Assembly: GCA_964517435.1 (NCBI GenBank)
Contig: CAZFEC010000010.1
Span: 4,371-68,370 of the forward strand
Length of the DNA stretch: 64,000 bases
Reading direction: 5' to 3'
Origin: an uncultured Bacteroidia bacterium
GTDB taxonomy: Bacteria; CAIWAD01; BS150m-G50
In this document: piece after piece, positions 35,591-44,209 of the stretch
Numbering within the stretch: the first letter of the stretch is position 1
How the letters are laid out: the number at the start of each line of letters is the position of its first letter
The notes under the pieces: model-generated
Seen by the model: the letters and a program-made list of their open reading frames with translations, nothing else
What the model was told of the DNA's origin: nothing
Databases searched by the model: none
Translations under genes and position numbers: made by a program

Positions 35591-35784
35591 CGTCATTCCC
35601 GCAAATGCGGGAATCTAGCGCCACCATTTCTGAATAACACCAGCCCGGCGGGTTGTTTACCAAGAGTAGATGCAGTCAAGCGGGTTGGTCTGTCGCCGAA
35701 GTTGACTCTCTGGATTACCGCCTACGCGGTAATGACTTCAGAGAGAAGGCGGGAATGACGTAAATAAGGGAATCGGGAATGACT
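35591..35784. repeat. REP/MITE-like palindromic repeat, cluster C
   Basis: CGTCATTCCCGCAAATGCGGGAATCTAG at 35591-35618. Inverted degenerate copy GGATTACCGCCTACGCGGTAATGAC at 35712-35736. Halves GGCGGGAATGACG at 35748-35760 and ATCGGGAATGACT at 35772-35784. The spacer begins CATTTCTGAATAAC, as in cluster B. Confidence 0.75.
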
Positions 35785-35943
35785 TGAAGGGTCCCCGCAT
35801 TGATTATCAGCAGTCAGTTTAATACCTTTCAAAACCGATATACTACTTAGCGATCGTTGCGATCCTGAGGAGGGGAGTTTGGATCCAACGACAATTGTGA
35901 ACTGATCGCTGCTCCGTATCAACCAATCGAATTGGGGAATATC

Positions 35944-37083
35944 ATGAGGCTCAAAGCCAAGTCTCTCATCACTATCATCCTGTCTTACCTGCTGGCATTA
36001 CCGGCCCTCGCCCTCGATGCGCCGGAGGTCAACATCACCGCTGCGGCGGACAGCGGCACCGTCTCCGTCACCCTGACCTGGGAGCCGGTGCCGGACGCCG
36101 AGTACTACTCCATCTATAGCCGCGGGGAGGATCCCTACGGTCCCGGCGATCTCCTGGCCCGGGTGGACGGCAATCAGTTCTATTACGTCGTCGCCGGTCA
36201 GGCGCCGGAGGGGTTCGTCCTCATTCCGGCCGGCACTTTCCTTATGGGGCAGGCGGGGGTTTACTACGCCGAGCCGGTGCACCCGGTCACGCTGACCCAC
36301 AGCTTCTATCTCGGCATGTATGAGGTGACGAATCAACAGTATCTGCTGGCGGTGCAGTGGGCGCTGGACCAGGGCTATGTCACCGCGGACGCAACCACGG
36401 TGCAGGCCTACGGTCATGAACTACTGGATCTGGATTGCTGGGGAGGAGGCAGCGAGATCGCCTTCAATGGTGAATCCTTCTACCTGCTGCCGGTCATTGA
36501 CGGTGTTTACATCGGGCAGAGCAGCGCCAACCACCCGGTGAAGGGGGTGACCTGGTACGGTGCCGCCTGCTACTGCGACTGGCTGAGCCTGCAGGAGGGG
36601 AAGACGCCCTTCTACGACGGCACCTGGGATCAGCACACCGGGCACGATCCCTACACCGCGGCGGGATACCGCCTGCCTACCGGTGCGGAGTGGGAATACG
36701 CGGCGCAGTTCAACGACGACCGCTCCTGGCCCTGGGGGGAGACCTATCCCGATTGCAACTACGTGAATGCGTACGACCCGCCCATCATGGAGCCCTGTAT
36801 CGGCTGGTCAGCACCGGTCGGTTCCTATCCGCTGGGAGTAAGCCTGCTTGGGTTATGGGACATGGCGGGGAACGTGCATGAGTGGGTCGGTGACTACTGG
36901 TATGACTACACCGTCGATCCGCAGACCGATCCCTACGGGGGTTTAAGCGGGCCGGACCGCACCTATCGCAGCGGATGTTTCATGAGCTACTTCACAGCGA
37001 CCCTCTGCGCGAACCAATTCTGGGGTGATCCCGCCGTGACGGATGTGCAGAAGGGATTCCGGGTCTGTCTGGCGGGGCCATGA
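35944..37083 (+). CDS. Secreted SUMF1/FGE-domain (formylglycine-generating enzyme family) protein
   Basis: Signal peptide LSYLLALPALA. SUMF1 motifs GYRLPTGAEWEYAA, GNVHEWVGDYW and RSGCF. Confidence 0.8.
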   Translation: MRLKAKSLITIILSYLLALPALALDAPEVNITAAADSGTVSVTLTWEPVPDAEYYSIYSRGEDPYGPGDLLARVDGNQFYYVVAGQAPEGFVLIPAGTFLMGQAGVYYAEPVHPVTLTHSFYLGMYEVTNQQYLLAVQWALDQGYVTADATTVQAYGHELLDLDCWGGGSEIAFNGESFYLLPVIDGVYIGQSSANHPVKGVTWYGAACYCDWLSLQEGKTPFYDGTWDQHTGHDPYTAAGYRLPTGAEWEYAAQFNDDRSWPWGETYPDCNYVNAYDPPIMEPCIGWSAPVGSYPLGVSLLGLWDMAGNVHEWVGDYWYDYTVDPQTDPYGGLSGPDRTYRSGCFMSYFTATLCANQFWGDPAVTDVQKGFRVCLAGP

Positions 37084-37138
37084 TTGCATTGAGATAAGAC
37101 AGAGGTAGTGTTCACCGACCTGAAGACACAGTACTAAC

Positions 37139-38419
37139 ATGGCTCACCACACCCTCAAGTCAGGCTACTCCAGCCTGGTGGAGCGCCTCAACCGCCATCC
37201 GCAGGGCGCCCCTCCCTCCGAGCTGCTGTTCCGTATTCTGGCCATGCTGTTCAGCGAACGGGAAGCGGGGCTGGTCGCGCAGCTGCCGATCAAGCCGTTT
37301 ACCGCGCGGAAAGCCAGCCGCATCTGGAAGCTGAGCCTGGCTGATACGCAGCGGGTGCTGGAGGAGCTGGCCGGTCGCGCCATCCTGGTGGACATCCGCA
37401 AACAGGACAGGACGATCTACACCCTGCCGCCCCCGATGGCCGGTTTCTTCGAGTTCGCCATGATGCGGGTGCGGGAGGATATCGATCAGCGGCTGCTCAG
37501 CGAACTGTTTCATGAATACCTGAATGTGGAAGAGGATTTCGTAAGGGCGCTGTTCACCGAGGGTCAGACGCAGCTGGGGCGTACCCTGGTGCATGAACCG
37601 GCCCTCTCGGAGGAAAACTCACTGCACGTGCTGGATTACGAACGGGCGAGTGAAGTCATCCGCAGCGCGACTCACCGCGCGGTCGGGCTCTGTTACTGCC
37701 GGCACAAGATGCAGCACCTGGGGAAGGCCTGCGAAGCACCCTTGGACATCTGCATGACGTTCAACAACTCCGCCGCTTCGCTGATCAGGCATGGTCACGC
37801 CCGGGAGGTGGACGTGGCGGAGTGTCTCGACCTGCTGCGGCAGGCCTGGGAACTCAAGCTGGTACAGTTCGGGGAGAACGTGCGGCGCCGGGTGAGTTTC
37901 ATCTGCAACTGCTGTGGCTGCTGTTGCGAAGCGATGATTGCCGCGCGCCGCTTCGCCATCATGAACCCGGTGCATACCACCAACTTCCTGCCGGTGGTGG
38001 AGGGGGATCGGTGTAGCGGATGCGGCGAGTGCGTGAGCGCGTGCCCCGTGGAGGCGATGACGCTGGTGTCGGCCCACGATCCGGAGAAGCCGCGACGGCA
38101 ACGGGCGAAGCTGGACGCCCAGGTCTGCCTGGGGTGCGGTGTCTGCGTACGGGCCTGCAGCCGGGACAACATTCAGCTTCAATCGCGGCCGAGCCGGGTG
38201 ATTACCCCGGTGAACGGAACCCACAAGGTGGTAATGATGGCGATTGAGCGGGGCAAACTTCAGAACCTGATCTTCGACAACCGGGTGCTCTGGAGTCACC
38301 GGGCGCTGGCGGCGGTGCTGGGGGCGATTCTGAAGCTGCCGCCACTGAAGCAGGCGCTGGCCAGCGAGCAGGTGAAGTCGCGGTATCTGGAACGGGTGAT
38401 TGAGGGGAGGAGGGGGTAG
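37139..38419 (+). CDS. Cys-rich 4Fe-4S dicluster-domain protein
   Basis: CSGCGECVSACP and CLGCGVCVRACS ferredoxin motifs, plus an unusual CNCCGCCC run. Confidence 0.65.
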   Translation: MAHHTLKSGYSSLVERLNRHPQGAPPSELLFRILAMLFSEREAGLVAQLPIKPFTARKASRIWKLSLADTQRVLEELAGRAILVDIRKQDRTIYTLPPPMAGFFEFAMMRVREDIDQRLLSELFHEYLNVEEDFVRALFTEGQTQLGRTLVHEPALSEENSLHVLDYERASEVIRSATHRAVGLCYCRHKMQHLGKACEAPLDICMTFNNSAASLIRHGHAREVDVAECLDLLRQAWELKLVQFGENVRRRVSFICNCCGCCCEAMIAARRFAIMNPVHTTNFLPVVEGDRCSGCGECVSACPVEAMTLVSAHDPEKPRRQRAKLDAQVCLGCGVCVRACSRDNIQLQSRPSRVITPVNGTHKVVMMAIERGKLQNLIFDNRVLWSHRALAAVLGAILKLPPLKQALASEQVKSRYLERVIEGRRG

Positions 38420-39065
38420 GGCGCTGTTGTTTAAGATCGACGAATTTCATACCATTGAAAACTTACAACGCCTCATGAAGTGTGCAGGGATCTCCTTTGG
38501 GCACGTGTAGATACATCAGATAGAGATGATCCGATGATGTGTACAGATGATTCAGGAACCTGCAATAACGATCCAGATCTAGTCGAACCAGGGACCATCC
38601 TAGTCGTCAGAACTGAATCAACCTGGACAATGTGGGGGGATCTATCTGTACACATCCGTAAGCTCAAAGATGATTCTTTCAGGGTATATAGCCAGAAGAA
38701 GATAGGACAGTTCGAGTCGTATTTAGGTAGTCGGCACCATTTTCAGGACGAAATGCAGCATTGCTGAAGCGCATGTAAATAGAATCATAAGCCATCTGAG
38801 CAGCCTAAGGATCCCAGCAGTTCCAAGGCTTGAAATGGGTTGTGATGGTGGTTTCACAGAGCTTCAGGTCGGAGGATATTCGGGAAAGGCGCACTACAGG
38901 TGGTGGGGCGAACCACCTGTAGGCTGGGAGGAGCTGGGAATAATTGCTGAGGAAGTTCTACAGCTATCAGGAATTCTGTCTCGAATTGAAGAAGCTAGAC
39001 AGAAAGACGGAAGTTAAACATACTAGCACTGAAATGGTTACTACAGATGAGAGCAGGAGAAGACC

Positions 39066-40055
39066 ATGACAACCTGGATGGTGCGCTCAGAAAGCGGCAC
39101 GCTTTCTGAACTGTTTCTTGAGAACAATATTGCGGCTATTGGATGGCATGAGGTCGGTGATCTTAGTGCATCGACGACGAGAAAGTCTATTGCCCAGAGA
39201 GTAAAGGCTGAATGGCCTGAGATTTCACCAGTCAGAATCGGCCTGATCACCGGAATGCTGTATCGCTTACGTAGCGAGATTGAAAGAGGCGATACGGTCA
39301 TTACCTACGATTCTCCTGCCAGGAGATACCATGTCGGGTCTGTTGAATCAGACTACCGTTACAGCGTCGAATTTCACCAGGAATACCCGAACATCAGATC
39401 CGTGAAATGGCACGGGACGATAGATAGAGATGACCTCTCAGTTCAAACCAAGAATGAACTGGGTGCAACCATGACTCTCTTCAAACTCTCACAGCAAGCA
39501 TCAGCAGAAATCGACGCAGTGGCAAAAGGAATGCCGGTGGGAGAATCTCCTGATACCGATATGGAGCAAGAGCTTGACGAGGAAGAACTTTTACGAGACA
39601 TACAGTCACGTTCTCGCGAGTTCATCAAGGATAGAATCAGCAAGATTAGCTGGGACCATATGCAGGAGCTTGTAGCGGGTCTTCTACGCTCGATGGGATA
39701 CAAAACCAGAGTATCGCCACCAGGTTCAGATCTGGGTCGCGACATACTTGCCTCACCTGACGGCTTCGGACTCGAACACCCCAGGATCATTGTCGAGGTA
39801 AAACATCGAGATAGCAGAATAGGCTCTGAACAGATACGTAGCTTCCTGGGCGGTCGACATAAAGATGATAAGGGGCTGTATGTCAGCACGGGCGGTTTCA
39901 CCAAAGACGCGCGATACGAAGCTGACCGTGCCTCCATACCTCTAACCCTTATGGACCTCGATGAACTGGTGACGGCAATAATCGACCATTATGACAATAT
40001 GGATTTAGATACCAGAGTTCTCGTTCCATTGGTCAATGTTTATTGGCCCGCGTAG
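39066..40055 (+). CDS. Mrr-cat (PD-(D/E)xK) restriction endonuclease with an uncharacterised N-terminal domain
   Basis: C-terminal WDHMQELVAGLLRSMGY...GSDLGRDILA...IIVEVKHR...GLYVSTGGFTKDA matches the Mrr catalytic-domain pattern. The N-terminal ~150 aa are not Mrr_N-like. Confidence 0.8.
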   Translation: MTTWMVRSESGTLSELFLENNIAAIGWHEVGDLSASTTRKSIAQRVKAEWPEISPVRIGLITGMLYRLRSEIERGDTVITYDSPARRYHVGSVESDYRYSVEFHQEYPNIRSVKWHGTIDRDDLSVQTKNELGATMTLFKLSQQASAEIDAVAKGMPVGESPDTDMEQELDEEELLRDIQSRSREFIKDRISKISWDHMQELVAGLLRSMGYKTRVSPPGSDLGRDILASPDGFGLEHPRIIVEVKHRDSRIGSEQIRSFLGGRHKDDKGLYVSTGGFTKDARYEADRASIPLTLMDLDELVTAIIDHYDNMDLDTRVLVPLVNVYWPA

Positions 40056-40321
40056 GCTCACCTTAGAAAAGATTTCTAGTTAATTTGAATTATGAGGGCA
40101 GCTTCTAACATCCCTCAAATGATCACTGCCGTTGAAGATGAGATTGCTGCTATTCGTAGTAGTAAACGCAGAATAACGCTTTTTTGAAAGAGTGTGCATT
40201 ATTACCCCATACATTAGCAAGCTCATCTAGTTAATTCCTAGCAGACGGTCCTACTGATGATGTCGTCAGGTCAAGGTCCGTTCAATAGATGATGATGCGG
40301 ATTTGAACAAGGTGTGCGTCA

Positions 40322-42331
40322 ATGAATGTACTGAGCTCGATTTTCCTTTCCAGTCTTACGAACCCTATTACGCTAAGTTTCCTTGCTGTGATTGGAGTCC
40401 TGCTTTTCTATGAGATCATAAGACACTTATTTTTCAATTTGTTGCGAATAGGATGGTGTTTCGCAGGCGCTCGGAAAAAACTTACAGAAGCTTCGATCGG
40501 AAAATCCGAAAATACCCAAGCAAATAGCGCCAAAATCGTCCAGGCCGCAGAACTTTTCGGAAGATCCAAGACGAATTCGAAATTCCGAAGACTATGGTCA
40601 GGTTTTATCGATTCCTGGTTGCAATCTATCCCACAAGGACGATCGAATCCAGTTGGAGCAGTCTCTGTCTACTCTGTATTTGAAGTCGAAGAAATTCTGG
40701 GTGGTGCAACTGTTGTTCGAAAACTTGAATCGATTCCAGGGAGATTGATGTCTCTGGGTATTCTTGGCACTTTTGTCGGATTGACCTATGGCTTCTACTC
40801 CATCGACATAAACCCAGACAACATGGACCAGGTTTATAGATCGATTACTAACCTGATTTCCGGCCTCAGCGTAGCTTTCGTCACCTCCATAGTGGGAATC
40901 ATTGCAGCTTTGGTCTTCATGTTCAGTGAGAAGTGGTCTTATAGCTTTGCTGCAAAATGCGTGGAGGTTTTTCTTCATGAGGCCAGTATATGCTACCCAT
41001 TCCAGGCGCCAGAAACCTCATTGCTTCATCTTTCTCATGCGGCAGATCGCCAACTGGATTCGCTGATGAGTCTTGAAAATGATTTGGCTGCGACTTTGAG
41101 TGAATCCTTCGGAGAAGCTGTGCAAGAGCACTTAGCGCCACTCATCGATGATATACACCAAACTGTTACAGAGGCAACCAACATTACTTCCGAAGTACAG
41201 ATTGAAGGAATACAAAGAATAGTAGATGGCTTCATTGAGACCATGAATCAACAGTTGGGCGCCAATTTTCAGGAGTTCGGAGACAACATAAATAAGGCAA
41301 CTTCGAATGTAGCTGAACTAATGGAAGGTTTAGAGACTTCTGTAGCCAGACAAGCATCTGTGATGGAGCGGACGGCAAGTACTGCAGATGTTCTTGAGAG
41401 ACAGTTGCCACATCTTATCGCGTTTGGTGAGCAGCTTGATAAATCAAGCAATTCACTTCAAGAAGTTATCGCAGGAATTGACAAAATGAGAGCCAGTTTG
41501 CTGGCCAGTTTTAAAGAAGCTCAAGAGACGCAAAAACAGATCACTGAAAAGCATAGCTATCTGGTTGAAAGTGTACACAAAACAGTACAAGAGCTATCAG
41601 CGACAAATACATCGTTAATTGCCTCACAAGAGCTGATGCAGAAGCTCTTTCAGGAATCTCTCCGGTCCTTTGAAGCTCAGGTGCGGGAGGGATTGAAACA
41701 GTCTCTTTCGTCTTTCGACATTGTGTTGAGCGATATCTTGGAAAGGTTTAGTGGAACCTTGGCAGAGATGCGAGATCAGTATGAAGCACTGGAGCAGCAT
41801 ACTATCTCGCTACGTGAGGGTACGGAGGCATATTCTTCAACTATGACAGTCAGTCTGGAACAAATCGAATCGATTTTTACGAAGTCCCAGCAGGATCTTG
41901 TCAATTTAACCAACGAGTTCATACCTGTCCTCTCTCAGAACCTTGAGCAGGGACGCAAACAGGCGGCAAATATCGCTAAACATCAAGAAGAGCTGAACAA
42001 AGCATCGTTCAAATTGGAAACCAACATGCAAGCTCTAATCGAGGAGTTGAACCAGATCCCAGCGAAGATGACAAACGAGATCGAAAAGAGGACGGGCGAC
42101 TTTCTGGTGGCATTCACTAAAGAAATACGTCATGAGATAGAAAGGCATAACCAGTTACTTACCGAGGTGCACGATCTGGGGAGTCAACTTGAGAAAACCA
42201 CCTCGAGTTTAGGATCCAACTTCGGTCAGATGAGCAAATCAGTTATAGACTTGACGAACAGAATTGCTGAATCGGCAAAGCCTGAGGAGCAACAAAAACC
42301 GCGGCGTAGATTGTCATTGTTTGGGAGATAA
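40322..42331 (+). CDS. zorA: ZorA-like MotA/ExbB-type channel protein with long helical tail
   Basis: TM helix near the N-terminus, then a TM pair (GRLMSLGILGTFVGLTYGF and LISGLSVAFVTSIVGIIAALVFMF) like MotA/ExbB. After that come about 430 aa rich in E/Q/L/K. Followed by MotB-like, EH-signature and SNF2 genes. Confidence 0.8.
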   Translation: MNVLSSIFLSSLTNPITLSFLAVIGVLLFYEIIRHLFFNLLRIGWCFAGARKKLTEASIGKSENTQANSAKIVQAAELFGRSKTNSKFRRLWSGFIDSWLQSIPQGRSNPVGAVSVYSVFEVEEILGGATVVRKLESIPGRLMSLGILGTFVGLTYGFYSIDINPDNMDQVYRSITNLISGLSVAFVTSIVGIIAALVFMFSEKWSYSFAAKCVEVFLHEASICYPFQAPETSLLHLSHAADRQLDSLMSLENDLAATLSESFGEAVQEHLAPLIDDIHQTVTEATNITSEVQIEGIQRIVDGFIETMNQQLGANFQEFGDNINKATSNVAELMEGLETSVARQASVMERTASTADVLERQLPHLIAFGEQLDKSSNSLQEVIAGIDKMRASLLASFKEAQETQKQITEKHSYLVESVHKTVQELSATNTSLIASQELMQKLFQESLRSFEAQVREGLKQSLSSFDIVLSDILERFSGTLAEMRDQYEALEQHTISLREGTEAYSSTMTVSLEQIESIFTKSQQDLVNLTNEFIPVLSQNLEQGRKQAANIAKHQEELNKASFKLETNMQALIEELNQIPAKMTNEIEKRTGDFLVAFTKEIRHEIERHNQLLTEVHDLGSQLEKTTSSLGSNFGQMSKSVIDLTNRIAESAKPEEQQKPRRRLSLFGR

Positions 42332-42336
42332 CGCAC

Positions 42337-43056
42337 TTGTTTATCAATAGGTCAAAATCCAAGCAGGCTGGTTCAGACTTCTCTGGTTTCTGGATTCCGT
42401 ATAGCGATCTTATGGCCGGCATGCTTGGGATCTTTGCCCTTCTTCTAGTCACGACTGTATACAAACTGGGCGATCCCATCCAGAGCGTAAAAGATGTATT
42501 GGAAGAACGCCAGGAAGTTGTCAGAGAACTCAAAGCTAAGTTTGTTGCGGATGAGGATGTGGAGATAACAGATGCTGGTGCATTGCGTATGAAAGGGGAG
42601 GTTCTATTCGAAATCGACGAAGATACACTCAGTCCAGGAGGGCGCGAACTGCTTCTAAGGGTAATGCCGAAGTATCTTGATGTGGTATTGTCTTTCACTG
42701 GCTTTCGCAAGCATCTAAGTCGAATTCTCGTCGAGGGTCACGCTGATCCTACATATCGTACTGATGATACATTGGCAGCCTATATCTATAACCTAGATTT
42801 ATCCCAGCGAAGAGCGGCTAATGTGGTGAGTTTCCTTGTAGAAACTCCCGAAATGACGCCTTATCGTCCAATTCTGAGGCAGTATGTGATGGCATCTGGG
42901 CGGTCCAGTACCGACTTAGTGTTTGACAAATCAGGTGCCCCAGATTATGATCGATCGCGAAGAATACAGATAGATTTCGTCATGAGGGATCAGGGGCTAC
43001 TCGAGGAAGTGCTAAAACGGATGTTTCCGATGCTTGGAGAAGAGCGACGTGACTGA
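42337..43056 (+). CDS. zorB: ZorB-like MotB/OmpA-domain protein
   Basis: N-terminal FWIPYSDLMAGMLGIFALLLV (conserved Asp before the TM, as in MotB). C-terminal OmpA-like VEGHADPTY...LSQRRAANVVSFL. Confidence 0.85.
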   Translation: MFINRSKSKQAGSDFSGFWIPYSDLMAGMLGIFALLLVTTVYKLGDPIQSVKDVLEERQEVVRELKAKFVADEDVEITDAGALRMKGEVLFEIDEDTLSPGGRELLLRVMPKYLDVVLSFTGFRKHLSRILVEGHADPTYRTDDTLAAYIYNLDLSQRRAANVVSFLVETPEMTPYRPILRQYVMASGRSSTDLVFDKSGAPDYDRSRRIQIDFVMRDQGLLEEVLKRMFPMLGEERRD

Positions 43057-44209
43057 GGCATTATATTCGTTTCAGAATCTGAAGAATACAGCCTTATTCG
43101 TCCAGGATCAACACAGTGTTCTAGGGCAACTCCAGGGGGAGGTTTTAGAGAGTATTCTTGCGCAACTGGTGGAGAAGATTGAGAAATGCGACACATCTAG
43201 TATAACAGCGTTTGCACGCGCACTAACGCGCAAGGAAACAGGACTTCTGCTTCATGTTTTAGTGCAGGATTACTCTTCCGGGCTGATCAGTAAGACATTA
43301 CAAATCATCGACATACGGGCTAAACCACGGCAACTTGCCATAGGTTGGTTTCTATTCAAGAATTATCCTAGCAGTCAACAGCTACGAGAAGGACTAGTCG
43401 CTGTAGCATCCTCGCTGGATCCAAAGCAAATCCGATCATCGAGTGTGTCCGAGAGAGCGTTTCGAATTTTCGGAGCGAGCGATATTGACGAAGCTCTAGT
43501 AGAAGACCTGACACAATCCAATGCTCTGCTTGTAGACTGGCTGTCACAAGATTCACCTTATAAGGATAAATCGCAGGCGGCAAGCATTCCGCTTTACAGG
43601 TGGTTACAGGACATGATACTTGTCAAGGGGAACCGTTATCTTCTTCTTCGCCACGGGATAAACCAAATAGACACATGGTTCTCTGGCTTGCAGGCAAAAC
43701 ATTATCAAAGCGCTTCAGCGAATTACATCAACTCGCTTCAGGAACAGGAATGGCTTGTAAGTAGGATCGAAGAGATTGTATCGCGCTTCGGGTTGCCAGC
43801 TTCCCAAAGCGACTTCTGGCTAAAGGTTGACGTTTCTAAAAAGCAAGCAATCCAGAGGCTTATCGGCCACAGGTTGATTGCGGAGTTTTTTGAAGATGTT
43901 GATGATCCGAATGGAAGGTTCTTCTTCTGGCAAGAGTATGTAGACTATCTTACCGGTGTAGTGTATCCCAGTAGCAGGTCCAGGATACTGCTTAAGTTCA
44001 CCAATTTCCTACTCGTAGAATTCCGTGATATAGGAAATGCGGGTTACATTTATCCTCTAGACGAGCATAGATGGCTTGAAACTGTAGTTGCTGATGATTC
44101 ACGATCGCACCAGGACTGTAAGGATCAATACAGAGCTTCTTACCGGATTATTCACAGTAAGAACTGGCAAAGCAACGTTGAAGATTTCCTTGAATGGCAG
44201 CTCTTATGA
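43034..44209 (+). CDS. zorC: ZorC-like EH-signature-domain protein
   Basis: The C-terminus RFFFWQEY...LLVEFRDIGNAGYIYPLDEHRW...HSKNWQ resembles the EH_Signature domain. The start (TTG 43034 or GTG 43049) overlaps the zorB stop. Confidence 0.7.
   Translation: MEKSDVTEALYSFQNLKNTALFVQDQHSVLGQLQGEVLESILAQLVEKIEKCDTSSITAFARALTRKETGLLLHVLVQDYSSGLISKTLQIIDIRAKPRQLAIGWFLFKNYPSSQQLREGLVAVASSLDPKQIRSSSVSERAFRIFGASDIDEALVEDLTQSNALLVDWLSQDSPYKDKSQAASIPLYRWLQDMILVKGNRYLLLRHGINQIDTWFSGLQAKHYQSASANYINSLQEQEWLVSRIEEIVSRFGLPASQSDFWLKVDVSKKQAIQRLIGHRLIAEFFEDVDDPNGRFFFWQEYVDYLTGVVYPSSRSRILLKFTNFLLVEFRDIGNAGYIYPLDEHRWLETVVADDSRSHQDCKDQYRASYRIIHSKNWQSNVEDFLEWQLL

Noticed and set aside
21499-35784. Possibility that the recurring GTCATTCCCGCG...GGGAATCCAG copies are a CRISPR array
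   Set aside because: The copies are dispersed over 14 kb in three clusters, occur in both orientations, and are internally palindromic with irregular spacing. There are no regularly spaced unique spacers and no cas genes in the window.
38480-39017. Two small ORFs (95 aa and 60 aa) at the left edge of the island
   Set aside because: No RBS or motif is evident and no family is recognised. They may be real small proteins or remnants, but the sequence alone does not support a call.
42243-42710. 155-aa minus-strand ORF overlapping the zorA/zorB junction
   Set aside because: It is antisense to two genes with clear MotA/MotB-type features. Its S/T/R-rich composition is typical of a shadow ORF.
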